DNA of 64,000 bases from a virus, in the IMG/VR virus record IMGVR_UViG_3300036770_004732, positions 32,001 through 96,000 of that record. One strand, 5' to 3'. The first letter of the stretch is position 1. Each line of letters starts with the position of its first letter. Positions 18,411 through 28,507 of this stretch are shown one piece after another. The position numbers and the translations under genes were made by a program. Below the pieces are notes generated by a model, which was not told the origin of the DNA, did not search any database, and was given only the letters and a program-made list of their open reading frames with translations.

Positions 18411-20648
18411 TTATCCTTTATTAGAATTATCATATTCAATATCATTCACTCCCATTTTTTTAAGATTATCTATTATAGACCATCTATCCCCCTCATTCAA
18501 GTTATGGATGTTCAACATTTCAAAAAATATTGATTTTGATTCTTCAACTTTTCCCCACCACCATCCAGAAATCGCTTTTTGGAAAAGTAACCCATACTTT
18601 CCAGGGTATTCAACATCTGTTCTTAATGGTGAAAGATCAAAATCACAATTTAACAGACAAAGTTCGGAAGTTGAATAACAGTCTTGCCACCATTCGTTTT
18701 TAGCAGCATATCTTGCTAAAAGATAGTATGCTTCTGGACGATTTGGTAAGAACATCTGCGCTTGCCACAACATTCCCCGTCCACTTCCATCTCTTGTACC
18801 CTGTTTAAAATAACAAGATGATCCCCTTATCAAGGCCTCATATGCAAGATCAGGATCTAATTCAAAACCCCGTTCTGCACATCTTAGAAAATATGAAAGA
18901 GCTGGAGCAGTGTGTCCTTGAGTTTCATACCACAAACCTAAGTTAAAATTGTGCTCTGGATTTTCAGTATCCAGAGAATATAGTTCTAAAAGTTTCTCAA
19001 GTTCCGTCTTTTCAACAACCACTATTTCAGATTTTAAAACTTGTTTTTTAGATTTCCACATATTTAAAACTATATCATATGCAATTATATGATTATTTTT
19101 TTGTCCCCCCTTTACATCATCATCTTGATTTTCAAAGGTTGATTTAAAACTTACATTTTCAACAAACAAAGGAATCGTATATGTATTAACAAATGAAAAA
19201 ATTATATTTTCAATTAAGGGCATTATTTCTTTATTGGGAACTTCTAAAGAATAAACATCTTCAAAAATATAAGAGTCTATTATTTTCTTTGCTCCATTTC
19301 TAGTCAATATATAAGCAGTTGCCCCCCAATCATCCCAATATCTTGATCTCATTTCAAAAGTATCATAATGATTGCGTATTGTGAGAAGTTGCACACACTC
19401 TGCATCATCAGGGATTTTTTCAATGAACTCATTCCAAGTAAAATCCCAGTAATCTATCGTTTCCAAACTTAAATCATCTTCACAGAAAAATGCATATTCT
19501 TCGTCAGTATTATTATACCACTCTTTAATCATTTTTAAATGTGATACACAACATCCTTTTGTACCATCATTTAAAGTGTGTAGATATTTTCCAACTACTT
19601 TATCATTAGACTCAGAATAACGCTTTGATATTAAAAATATCGGTTCTATACCATAATTATTAAATTGGGAAGTAAGTTCATGTCTTCTTTCTTGACACTC
19701 TTCGAGACTTACACAATAGACAGATGGAAATTCATCTATAATATTATTCGTCTTATCTTCAATTTCTACTGCATAATAATTTTGATCATTCAGTTGCGTA
19801 ATATTCCAATGACTTTTTGGTTCTATGTAATAATTGGTTATTTTTGAAAATCTATCTTTATTTACATTGACATGTTTTTCTGAAAGTGCATACTCAACTT
19901 GCCATTCTAATTCGTCACCATCATATGCTGAAGATAAATTTTCTCTAATTTTTTGTTCATATTCATCTTGACTTTCAAATCCTTTAAAATTTTCTGTTCT
20001 TTTTTTATCTGGATGTGGTAAATGAATGAAATAAAAATCCATTTCTAAGCATCTTTTTTTCAATCCATATAATTCCAATCTATTACAAATTTCTTCATCC
20101 TCAAAGGCATAACAGTCACCAAAATTTTCATTATACCCACCAACTACATCAAAATGTTCTTTCTTAACAAAAAGAATTCCAACTAAGTATCTAAAAATAG
20201 GTGAGTATGCATAAACATATTTTTTACGATTTTCTGAGGTAAAAAAATAACTATTATCTACATAATACTCTTTGGTATTTTCATCATAATATTCCGGATT
20301 ACTAAAATTTAAACTTCCACAAGTAAATTCATCATCTTTCGGAAAATACTTTTTTATACCATTATAGTATGAATTAAATATATGATCTGCATCAACTTTT
20401 ATAATATAATCTCCTGTTGCAATTTTTGCAGCAAGATTTAATGGCTTAGGTTGATTAAAATATTGCTTATCAGAAACACGTATTACTTTTATCCTAGGAT
20501 CTATTTCTGTCAGATAATTTATTGGATCATCAGAATTCCAATCAGTTATAATAATTTCGTGAATTTCTTCAAAATTTAACCAAGACATCAAAGATATTTT
20601 GAGAGCATCAACTCTATTTTTACATGCAGTTATTAATGAAATTTTCAT
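18411..20648 (-). CDS. Multidomain glycosyltransferase: GT2/GT7-like + GT25-like + TPR
   Basis: N-terminal ITACKNR...DAD...GGYNE...EDEE; middle CVSL...RR...GCCVSHL...CEDD; C-terminal TPR-like helices (RPEAYY). Confidence 0.8.
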   Translation of the reverse strand: MKISLITACKNRVDALKISLMSWLNFEEIHEIIITDWNSDDPINYLTEIDPRIKVIRVSDKQYFNQPKPLNLAAKIATGDYIIKVDADHIFNSYYNGIKKYFPKDDEFTCGSLNFSNPEYYDENTKEYYVDNSYFFTSENRKKYVYAYSPIFRYLVGILFVKKEHFDVVGGYNENFGDCYAFEDEEICNRLELYGLKKRCLEMDFYFIHLPHPDKKRTENFKGFESQDEYEQKIRENLSSAYDGDELEWQVEYALSEKHVNVNKDRFSKITNYYIEPKSHWNITQLNDQNYYAVEIEDKTNNIIDEFPSVYCVSLEECQERRHELTSQFNNYGIEPIFLISKRYSESNDKVVGKYLHTLNDGTKGCCVSHLKMIKEWYNNTDEEYAFFCEDDLSLETIDYWDFTWNEFIEKIPDDAECVQLLTIRNHYDTFEMRSRYWDDWGATAYILTRNGAKKIIDSYIFEDVYSLEVPNKEIMPLIENIIFSFVNTYTIPLFVENVSFKSTFENQDDDVKGGQKNNHIIAYDIVLNMWKSKKQVLKSEIVVVEKTELEKLLELYSLDTENPEHNFNLGLWYETQGHTAPALSYFLRCAERGFELDPDLAYEALIRGSSCYFKQGTRDGSGRGMLWQAQMFLPNRPEAYYLLARYAAKNEWWQDCYSTSELCLLNCDFDLSPLRTDVEYPGKYGLLFQKAISGWWWGKVEESKSIFFEMLNIHNLNEGDRWSIIDNLKKMGVNDIEYDNSNKG

Positions 20649-20668
20649 AAGATTTTTTATTCAATAAC

Positions 20669-21433
20669 TTATATAGTAATCCAATCAGAACGGTATAAAT
20701 CTTTAGTATTGTAATCTTTAAATTTTCCTGTTGGAGAAAACCACTGTTTAGGTGCAATTGTTTTTTTACTCTTTGCTAACCAGGATCCCCACCAACTAAA
20801 AGTGCTATTTGCAATAATATGATAAGTACATAAACTCATTAAACACAAATCAGAATAAGGATTTTCAAAAGACATTACAAAAAAATTATTTGAATTAAAA
20901 TGATTTTTACACCATTCAGGATCATCACTTATTACTAACACGGGAATATCTTTAGGAAAATATTCTAATGCTTTCATATAATAATCAATAGTAAGAACAT
21001 CAAAGTTTACCTCACTAATATAATCAGTTCTTCTCACATGCAAAGATATAACTTCAACATTATAAAACATACTATTCATATAATGAATGACTGAATCATA
21101 TATTTCTTTACGGAATGAAAAATCTTTTCTAATTTCACTTTCAATATTTTCGAAATATTTTTCACTCTGAAAAAATCCATCTAAATTAATATCATCTGGA
21201 CAATTATTAAATAGATTTTCATCAAATTCATATTTTTCCTCTAAAATATCATTTTCAAATTCATTTGTATAAGTAATTGGTATATTAAAACATTCTTTTA
21301 ATTCACAATTTCTTTGAGGTATTGAATACCAATATCCTTTGTTTCTAGATATTCCTTTTAAAGATGCATACTGAAACATTTGATTACCCAAACGTCCTTT
21401 ATATCCAAGATTTTTAAATGAGATCATAATCAA
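20669..21433 (-). CDS. Alpha-1,2-fucosyltransferase-like (GT11)
   Basis: GRLGNQMFQYA, GFFQSEKYF, LHVRRTDY and IIANSTFSWW. Confidence 0.9.
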   Translation of the reverse strand: MIMISFKNLGYKGRLGNQMFQYASLKGISRNKGYWYSIPQRNCELKECFNIPITYTNEFENDILEEKYEFDENLFNNCPDDINLDGFFQSEKYFENIESEIRKDFSFRKEIYDSVIHYMNSMFYNVEVISLHVRRTDYISEVNFDVLTIDYYMKALEYFPKDIPVLVISDDPEWCKNHFNSNNFFVMSFENPYSDLCLMSLCTYHIIANSTFSWWGSWLAKSKKTIAPKQWFSPTGKFKDYNTKDLYRSDWITI

Positions 21434-21533
21434 TTATTAAATAATTTTTGTATTTCTTTTGCGTTTCTCATATTTTACACCAATCTATAATTTCTGAGGG
21501 TTGTTATTATCTTCTGTTATAAAAATTATTTGA

Positions 21534-22520
21534 TTATTCATTTTTAAAAATATACTCCTTTACAAACTCTTTATTCACTCTCAAAAGATACGCCGCATTA
21601 TCTTGAAAACCGAAGGTAATCAAATAATCATCATTATATTCACACATACCAACAGCAAATTCTACTTCTGCTTCCAAAAAAGAAAATCTTTTTGATACTT
21701 TTACAATATTCCAATCTTTATCCCAAACTATAAATCGATGTCGATAAGTCCCGTCTTTTCTTCCAGCTGGACTTTTAAATAAAAATGTTTCATGATTTAG
21801 TGCAAATCGATGTTCACCAAATGGAATTACTTGAGATCCACCACGAAGATCAATACATCCCAAATCTTTCCAATCTCTTAGTGCAACTTGTGTTGTTTGA
21901 CCAGTGTGAATGTCATACTTCACAACTTCAGTACCGTTTGTCCATTTCACAAAATGATATGGCATGTCAAGAATTGGCATCCAATTTTTTTCACAATAAG
22001 AGTTATTATCCCCAGGAGTTGGAATACGATGTTGACTCAATTCTTTAACCTGCCCATTGTCAATTTCAACTTCACAAAGTTCCATTCTACCAGTACCAAT
22101 AGTATCAAGATCTCTGCGAACACCACAAGTATAAAGTTTTCCTTCCCATCTAAAAATACGAGCATCTTCAAGTCCAACAAATTCCCACAATTCCTTATCA
22201 GGGTGTTTAGATGTATCAATATGGGTATGCCATTTGATTCTCATATTTTCGTCAAGTTCACCAATTACATTCCAAGTGCGAAGGCGTAAATCATTTTCTG
22301 GGTGAATATAAACTAATGGCCCCCAATGATGTTCAAACTTTTTCTTTTCCGAATGATAAAGGGTATAATTAATATTTCTAAGATTTACAATTAATTTACC
22401 ATTGTCATTGTAAATGGACGGGTTTGTGATTGCTGGTCCTTTTAGATCAGTCGAAGGGATAATAAGGGGATGGATAGATCCTCCATTTTCCAAAGCAAGT
22501 TTTACAAAATTTTCAGACAT
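21534..22520 (-). CDS. Five-bladed beta-propeller glycosidase/phosphorylase-like protein (GH130-like)
   Basis: NPSI, GLEDARI, EKNW.P, LRGG, VEF..G and FG.QD motifs. Confidence 0.65.
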   Translation of the reverse strand: MSENFVKLALENGGSIHPLIIPSTDLKGPAITNPSIYNDNGKLIVNLRNINYTLYHSEKKKFEHHWGPLVYIHPENDLRLRTWNVIGELDENMRIKWHTHIDTSKHPDKELWEFVGLEDARIFRWEGKLYTCGVRRDLDTIGTGRMELCEVEIDNGQVKELSQHRIPTPGDNNSYCEKNWMPILDMPYHFVKWTNGTEVVKYDIHTGQTTQVALRDWKDLGCIDLRGGSQVIPFGEHRFALNHETFLFKSPAGRKDGTYRHRFIVWDKDWNIVKVSKRFSFLEAEVEFAVGMCEYNDDYLITFGFQDNAAYLLRVNKEFVKEYIFKNE

Positions 22521-22617
22521 GTCTTAAATAAAAAATCCTATAGGATATTTGTTATCTATACTAGCACAACTATTCAAATTTTTCAACAAATAAATATCAA
22601 AATAATGTTATAATTTT

Positions 22618-23196
22618 ATGAATGAATTTATTTCCAAAGGTTGGTATTATATTCCTAATATAATTACAAAAGAAGAAGCAATACAAATTAAATATAAAAA
22701 TTTAATGGGTGCTATAGGAGATCTTGGTAGTTTACAAACTCACTATGACCCAGAAAGAGGTAATGTATTAACCTGCTATGCTCCACCAGCATGTGCTTTT
22801 GTAATGAAAAGAATGCAACCAGTTCTTGAAGAACTTTTAGGAGAAGAACTTATTCCATCTTATTGGTTTTCTACAACATATCATAATAAAGGATGGATGA
22901 ATTGCCATACTGATAGACCATCTTGTGAAATATCCGTAACAATGAATATTTGTGGTGATGCTGCTTGGCCTATTAAACTTAAAGATTTAGAAGGAAACAA
23001 ACAATCTGTAGTTACACCTATAGGATGTGGACTTGCTTATCTTGGAATGAAGGTTCCCCATTGGAGAAGTCCATTGAGAACTCATCCAAATGACAGATTT
23101 ATGCAACTCTTTTTACACTTTGTAAGAAAAAATGGTTCTTGTGCAGAATATGCATATGATAAAAATCAAAAGTGTTATGAATTATTGAACAGGTGA
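22618..23196 (+). CDS. 2OG-Fe(II) oxygenase-like protein
   Basis: H-x-D (CHTDRPSCEISVT), distal H (PHWR) and QLFLHFV. Confidence 0.8.
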   Translation: MNEFISKGWYYIPNIITKEEAIQIKYKNLMGAIGDLGSLQTHYDPERGNVLTCYAPPACAFVMKRMQPVLEELLGEELIPSYWFSTTYHNKGWMNCHTDRPSCEISVTMNICGDAAWPIKLKDLEGNKQSVVTPIGCGLAYLGMKVPHWRSPLRTHPNDRFMQLFLHFVRKNGSCAEYAYDKNQKCYELLNR

Positions 23197-23919
23197 TTCT
23201 TCTTCTGGAAGTGGTGAAAGAGGATCATTAATCATATTAATATTTCTTACTTGATCAAATGAATTTGTTAGTTTCATCAACTCTTTATTGTTTTGTAAAC
23301 TAACTGGAAGTGATGGATATGAGGTTGGAAAAGTATCAGAATTTGGAAGTGTCCTTAATTCTTGCCTCCAAATTTTAAAATCTTCATCTAAGGTATTTCC
23401 TTGCTCTAATTCTTTTGTCACCATCCAATCAGTAAGTTCAAGCATTTTATCACGATTGACTCTAAGAATGTCATATCTCTTTTCTTTTTGACGATTATCA
23501 AAAAAAGTTATTTCATTATCCCATTGCTCTTGAGTCAGTATTGAAAGACCTTCAGATTCTTCAAGAACATAAGGTTCTCTATAAACTATATCATAAACTG
23601 TTACTATTTGAAAATCTCCAGTTGGTTGACCAGGAGATTCTGGATTTATAATTTCTTCTTTAACTTCTCTTTCAGTAGTACTTATAATAGTAATATTTGA
23701 ATTATTTTGATAATCTTTTAATTCATTACTACCTACTGTAATCTTATATTCGAAATATTCTGGAACATATGATAAGAAAAATGGAATGTCATTTTGATCT
23801 ATTAACTGATATTGAGTTTCCAACCCCTTAATATTTGGCATCATCAAACCAAAACGAGTGTCTGTTGCCCATGCACCAGTATCACGATTGATCCAATAAT
23901 GCTTGACTAATTGAGACAT
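23182..23919 (-). CDS. Tail-fibre assembly chaperone-like protein
   Basis: LR..RD.ML..TDW...WRQELR.LP...FP motif of Tfa-like chaperones. Confidence 0.7.
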   Translation of the reverse strand: MSQLVKHYWINRDTGAWATDTRFGLMMPNIKGLETQYQLIDQNDIPFFLSYVPEYFEYKITVGSNELKDYQNNSNITIISTTEREVKEEIINPESPGQPTGDFQIVTVYDIVYREPYVLEESEGLSILTQEQWDNEITFFDNRQKEKRYDILRVNRDKMLELTDWMVTKELEQGNTLDEDFKIWRQELRTLPNSDTFPTSYPSLPVSLQNNKELMKLTNSFDQVRNINMINDPLSPLPEEESPVQ

Positions 23920-23923
23920 GTTT

Positions 23924-24583
23924 TTAATAAACTTCTATACCATATTTATCGGCAATCTCTTTATCAACCTCATCCTTTGTCTTGAATCCTTTGACTCTCA
24001 TCCAAGTTACGAGAGTATAACGATTGCCAGAAATAACAGGTTCTACCATATGCGTATACCATCTTGATGAAGGAAAACAAACTAAAAGTCCTGGTTCTGG
24101 TTTAATCTTAATTCTTAAATCTGGGAAAGAAAAATATCCACCTTCAAAATCATCATTCAGGAAAAGAACGGTAGAGAGGTCTCTGTCTATTGTCTTCTTC
24201 CATACTTGTGTTCCATCAGGATTCGTCCATAAACCTTCTCCATCATTATGAGGTTTATAGTGTCCTCCTGGACTATAGCAAAGTAATTGTGGTTCTTCAC
24301 TATCTCTTACTTCAAATCCATAAAAAGGATTAATGACATTTTTTACTACATTATCAAGTAAATCTTTAACTTGAGGAAAGACCGGAATTAAGTCAGCACA
24401 CTCTACATCTCTCACTGACTTATCTATTTTTGATTCTCTTTGTCTCGTTTTATCACTTTTTTCAGCATCAAAAACAGACATTCTCTCTTTGTGAGATTGT
24501 CTCATATAATCAGTTAAAAACTTTAATCCTTCTGGTGTAACAACTTTAGGTTGAATCAAAACATTAGCAAGAATATCATTCAT
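23924..24583 (-). CDS. Prolyl-4-hydroxylase-like 2OG-Fe(II) oxygenase
   Basis: Y..GGHYKPHND, R.LS.VLFLNDDFEGG and FPS...YTH.V.PV.SG.RY.LV.W. Confidence 0.88.
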   Translation of the reverse strand: MNDILANVLIQPKVVTPEGLKFLTDYMRQSHKERMSVFDAEKSDKTRQRESKIDKSVRDVECADLIPVFPQVKDLLDNVVKNVINPFYGFEVRDSEEPQLLCYSPGGHYKPHNDGEGLWTNPDGTQVWKKTIDRDLSTVLFLNDDFEGGYFSFPDLRIKIKPEPGLLVCFPSSRWYTHMVEPVISGNRYTLVTWMRVKGFKTKDEVDKEIADKYGIEVY

Positions 24584-24609
24584 AATAGAATATTGTATAT
24601 CGTTTTTAT

Positions 24610-26466
24610 TTAGTTTGAGTTTGAAAATCCAGTGTTCCCAATTCTAGATGGACTAAAACCTGTTCCAGTAAGACTTACATCTTCAGTTGAAAATTCAATC
24701 CTAACAATTTGAGATTGGGAAGGTCCCATATTTACATAACCATAAAAACTACTTGATGATCCAGAAGCGGATGCCAAAGTTGTTGGCATATTTTTTCCTG
24801 GATTACTAAGTGTTTCATTTGAAAAATCAAGTCTTCTAATTGTACTAAATGCGAATGGACCGGGAGGACCATTACTACCACCACAAAAATATCCATATAG
24901 ATTATTTTGAACAGTTGTAGCATAATCTACACCCCTTGGAGACCAAGGAAAAGTGAGAGAAACTACTTCATTAGAATAATTTATCTTTAGTTGCTCTGAT
25001 GGGAAAAAAAATCCATTATCTCGTACAATGTATCCATAAGATTTAGTAGAAACAGAAGAAGAATTTAGTAAAGGTGCTGATAGATTTTTTCCTGGATTAT
25101 TCAATGTTTCACTAGAAAAATCAAGTCTTGTAATTGTAGTATAAGTCGCAAACGCTGGAAAAGTAGGAGTACCTCCAGTTTTATATCCACCATAAAAATA
25201 TCCATAATTATTCGAGTTAACAGAACCAACCTGAAGTACTGAATTTAATAAATTTTGTCCAGAGTCATTTGAAATTTCATTTGAAAAATCAAATCTAGTA
25301 ATTACAGTTGTACCTGATGGAGGTGGGCTTCCTGCAAAATAGTTATAATTGTTTGAAGTAACTGTTGCAATCAAATATCTTCCTGCTGGTAAATTTTTTC
25401 CAGGATCACTTAACGTTTCATTTGAAAAATCAAGTCTTGAGATTGTACTAATAGAAGAGGGAACGCTTCCACCACCAGCATAATAACCATAAGTCTTAAA
25501 TCCATTATTGCGGTAAACTGATTCCCCCCCTGAAACTGATGCCATACTAGATCTTGCTGTTGGTAAATTCTTTCCCGGATTACTTACAGTTTCGTTAGAG
25601 AAATCAAGTCTTGTTATGGTATTAATATATGTTGGTGTTGGAGTAAGACCACCACCATAATAACCATAAAAACTATCTGAAGTTGCTACTAAACCACCTC
25701 TTGATGTTGGTAAATTATTTCCAGGATCACTTAATGTCTCATTTGAGAAATCAAGTCTTGATATTGTACTAAATGAAGATGCTCCTGATTCACCTCCACC
25801 AAAATATCCATAAGAATTACTTGACGTTGCTTCTAAATAACTTTTTGCTGTTGGTAAATTTTTTCCAGGATCACTTAACGTTTCGTTTGAAAAATCAAGT
25901 CTTGATATTGTACTAATAGAAGAGGGAACGCTTCCACCACCAAAGTAACCATAAGAATTACTTGACGTTGCTGCTAAACTACTTCTTGCTGTTGGTAAAT
26001 TATTTCCAGGATTACTTACAGTTTCATTAGAGAAATCAAGTCTTGAGATTGTATTAACAAAAGGGGGAAGAGTACCGCCACCATAATAACCATAAGAATT
26101 ACTTGACGTTGCTGCTAAATTTTGAACAGATGCTGGTAAATTATTTCCAAGATCACTTAAAGTTTCATTAGAGTAATCAAGTCTTGATATTGTACTAATA
26201 GAAGAGGGAACGCTTCCACCACCAAAGTAACCATAAAAACTAGTTGATACTGCTGACAAAAAACCTCTTGCAGTTGGTAAATTATTTCCAGGATCACTTA
26301 CACTTTCATTAAAGAAATCAAGTCTTGATATTGTATTAATAATTCCCGGCAATCCGCCGCCACCATAATAACCATAAGCAGCACCCTCTGGCCAACTTTC
26401 AAAATTATTATCCGTTACATTTTGAATTTGTAATTCTTTGACTTCTTGTAGAGAGAATATTGCCAT
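24610..26466 (-). CDS. Kelch-like 12-repeat (2x6-blade) beta-propeller protein, paralog 1
   Basis: 12 repeats of YGY(F/Y)GGG-loop-TISRLDFSNET(V/L)SDPG(N/K)NLPTAR; N-terminal NVTDNNFESWPE. Confidence 0.8.
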   Translation of the reverse strand: MAIFSLQEVKELQIQNVTDNNFESWPEGAAYGYYGGGGLPGIINTISRLDFFNESVSDPGNNLPTARGFLSAVSTSFYGYFGGGSVPSSISTISRLDYSNETLSDLGNNLPASVQNLAATSSNSYGYYGGGTLPPFVNTISRLDFSNETVSNPGNNLPTARSSLAATSSNSYGYFGGGSVPSSISTISRLDFSNETLSDPGKNLPTAKSYLEATSSNSYGYFGGGESGASSFSTISRLDFSNETLSDPGNNLPTSRGGLVATSDSFYGYYGGGLTPTPTYINTITRLDFSNETVSNPGKNLPTARSSMASVSGGESVYRNNGFKTYGYYAGGGSVPSSISTISRLDFSNETLSDPGKNLPAGRYLIATVTSNNYNYFAGSPPPSGTTVITRFDFSNEISNDSGQNLLNSVLQVGSVNSNNYGYFYGGYKTGGTPTFPAFATYTTITRLDFSSETLNNPGKNLSAPLLNSSSVSTKSYGYIVRDNGFFFPSEQLKINYSNEVVSLTFPWSPRGVDYATTVQNNLYGYFCGGSNGPPGPFAFSTIRRLDFSNETLSNPGKNMPTTLASASGSSSSFYGYVNMGPSQSQIVRIEFSTEDVSLTGTGFSPSRIGNTGFSNSN

Positions 26467-27293
26467 CAGAGTCCAAAAATAGAATATCTTTGAGTTCCCC
26501 TTTTCCAGAACTCCATATGATTATATTTATTGATTACATATTCACTTAAGAACTTTGAATTATCACGATGTATTTTTTCTACTTTATCCCTTACCGTATG
26601 CATATTTTCTAACTTATAAACCTCATCATTCTCATCAAATTTTGGTTTTATATTCTCAAAAGTATGAATAAATCTTGGAAGTTCTAAGAAGTCGTAGATT
26701 TTATTCAGTTCACCTTGCAGATTATTTACTAGATCATCATAATCAACTAATATCAAATACTTATCATTCCCTTTACGAAATGCTTCTGCGAGTGCATGAT
26801 AAGATTGACCAATAATACCTTGAGGAGACATTAGGTAATCAGCACGATTATCATTACTAATTTCTATATTATTATTGATAAGTCCTTCATCAATAAATGA
26901 AGTTGTCTTGGAATGATAAATGAGATTTAAAAATGAAGATATAATGTCTTGTATGTCTCTGACTGGACAAATAATCTTTGGTTCTGGAGTGATGTAATCT
27001 TGAATATGCTGGATTTGGTTGACCCAACCTCTTGACTTATCAACAATAATATTTTGTGGAGTATTGAAGTAATAATTATGAGGTATAGATGATAATACTT
27101 TATGAGCACATTCTGGTTTAGGATGTGCTTTGTATTGTTCGGAATTATATAAAAGATACTCTTCAGTATAATGGATTGTATCTAAAAGTGGTGAATTTGT
27201 AGATGCGTGTATTTCTGGATTTTGATTGAGTAGTGCTGTTAATAAAGTTGAACCTGATCTTGGAAGACCAGACATAAAATAAAATGTTTTCAT
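26466..27293 (-). CDS. PAPS-dependent sulfotransferase
   Basis: 5'-PSB loop GLPRSGSTLL, DKSRGW and 3'-PB R(D)...I.S. Confidence 0.88.
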   Translation of the reverse strand: MKTFYFMSGLPRSGSTLLTALLNQNPEIHASTNSPLLDTIHYTEEYLLYNSEQYKAHPKPECAHKVLSSIPHNYYFNTPQNIIVDKSRGWVNQIQHIQDYITPEPKIICPVRDIQDIISSFLNLIYHSKTTSFIDEGLINNNIEISNDNRADYLMSPQGIIGQSYHALAEAFRKGNDKYLILVDYDDLVNNLQGELNKIYDFLELPRFIHTFENIKPKFDENDEVYKLENMHTVRDKVEKIHRDNSKFLSEYVINKYNHMEFWKRGTQRYSIFGL

Positions 27294-27296
27294 AAT

Positions 27297-27434
27297 TTAG
27301 TTTGAGTTTTCAAAATTTCCCATATTAGAAAACCATAATCTTATACATGTTGTTCTTAGTTCCTTTCCAAGATTAAATAAAACTTTTTCACTCACAAGTC
27401 CATCATAACAAGGTAAATCAATTAATAAAGACAT
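27297..27434 (-). pseudogene. Truncated copy of the GT gene at 34860-35519, ending in a propeller-gene-like terminus
   Basis: MSLLIDLPCYDGLVSEKVLFNLGKELR... versus MSLLIALPCYGGIVSDKTAKGLFNLGKELR. Its upstream spacer is identical to that of the full gene, and it ends ...ENSN* like propeller 1 (...FSNSN*). Confidence 0.75.
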
Positions 27435-27449
27435 AAAAAATTAATTATA

Positions 27450-28445
27450 CTATGTTATATATTTACCTGACAGAATAACTGCTAAAACATCAGTGGCAGA
27501 TGCTTCGGCAACAATACTATCATTTACAGCAAGATATGCAGGTTTGCCTAGTATCTCAATAACGCCATTTTTTGGAACTGTAAGATTATAAACCAAATAT
27601 CCTAATCTTACTCCCGTTGCTAATGATCCACGATAAATTGAAATGGAAGCATCAATGTCAGTATTTAAATTATAATTACAGATTTTAATGGATTGTAACA
27701 TAGCGGGATTTGTTGATGCTTGGAATATTTGAGTTCCCGATGCAGTAGTTACTGTTGTTCCTATTCCAACGTAATCCGTATCATCTTTTGTAGAGTATAT
27801 AATCCATGCATCAAGTCCTCCATCAATACCTGTTGCAGTAGATCCTGTTCCGGAAAGTGCTTGGAACCTTAAGACATCTGATGGATTTGCAATAATTGGT
27901 TGATCTAAAAACTGAATTGCTCCCTGATAAGGAACAATGACTCTTTGTGCCAAAGGTACTTTAGATCCACCATTAAAATCATGTCTTCCTACAAAATATA
28001 ATTCATTAGAGAATGAATTAGAAATATGAATTGATTCAATTATATATTTCTTATCTACAGTTGATGGAAATGAATATGCAATTCCAGGACCAACAAAAAT
28101 ATCATTTGTTTGAGAAGTATTTACACCAACACCAGAAGTTACAGAAACATAAATGGATGTTGTAATACCAGTATCAAATGTTCCAGAACCACCACTCCCA
28201 CCACTAGCATCAATAGTTACACTACCAGTGGAATCAGATATAGTAATATTAGTTCCAGCAACAATAGAAGTTACAATACCAGTTAAGTTTGATCCAGAAC
28301 CACTGAATGATGATGCAGTAATAGTTCCATTAACATCAAGTGTTGAAGTTGGTGATGTAGAGTTAATTCCAATCCTATCATTATTAATATCAACACTTAT
28401 AATATTTTCTGATGATAAATTACCAGTATTTCTAGGCCTTCCCAT
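27450..28445 (-). CDS. Virion structural/adaptor-like protein, paralog B
   Basis: RIGINSTSP..TLDV.G tail-fibre motif; strongly similar to 35535-36455, with long identical DNA blocks. Confidence 0.65.
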   Translation of the reverse strand: MGRPRNTGNLSSENIISVDINNDRIGINSTSPTSTLDVNGTITASSFSGSGSNLTGIVTSIVAGTNITISDSTGSVTIDASGGSGGSGTFDTGITTSIYVSVTSGVGVNTSQTNDIFVGPGIAYSFPSTVDKKYIIESIHISNSFSNELYFVGRHDFNGGSKVPLAQRVIVPYQGAIQFLDQPIIANPSDVLRFQALSGTGSTATGIDGGLDAWIIYSTKDDTDYVGIGTTVTTASGTQIFQASTNPAMLQSIKICNYNLNTDIDASISIYRGSLATGVRLGYLVYNLTVPKNGVIEILGKPAYLAVNDSIVAEASATDVLAVILSGKYIT

Positions 28446-28507
28446 AATTTATGTTTTATACGTATTTAGATTAAACATCATCAACACAAGTTAAAAGATT
28501 TCATGAT

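Noticed and set aside
22618-24583. 2OG-Fe(II) oxygenases plus GTs as a TET/JBP-type DNA hypermodification system
   Set aside because: The motifs look P4H-like, no cytosine methyltransferase is adjacent, and the context is late structural genes. This is not formally excluded.
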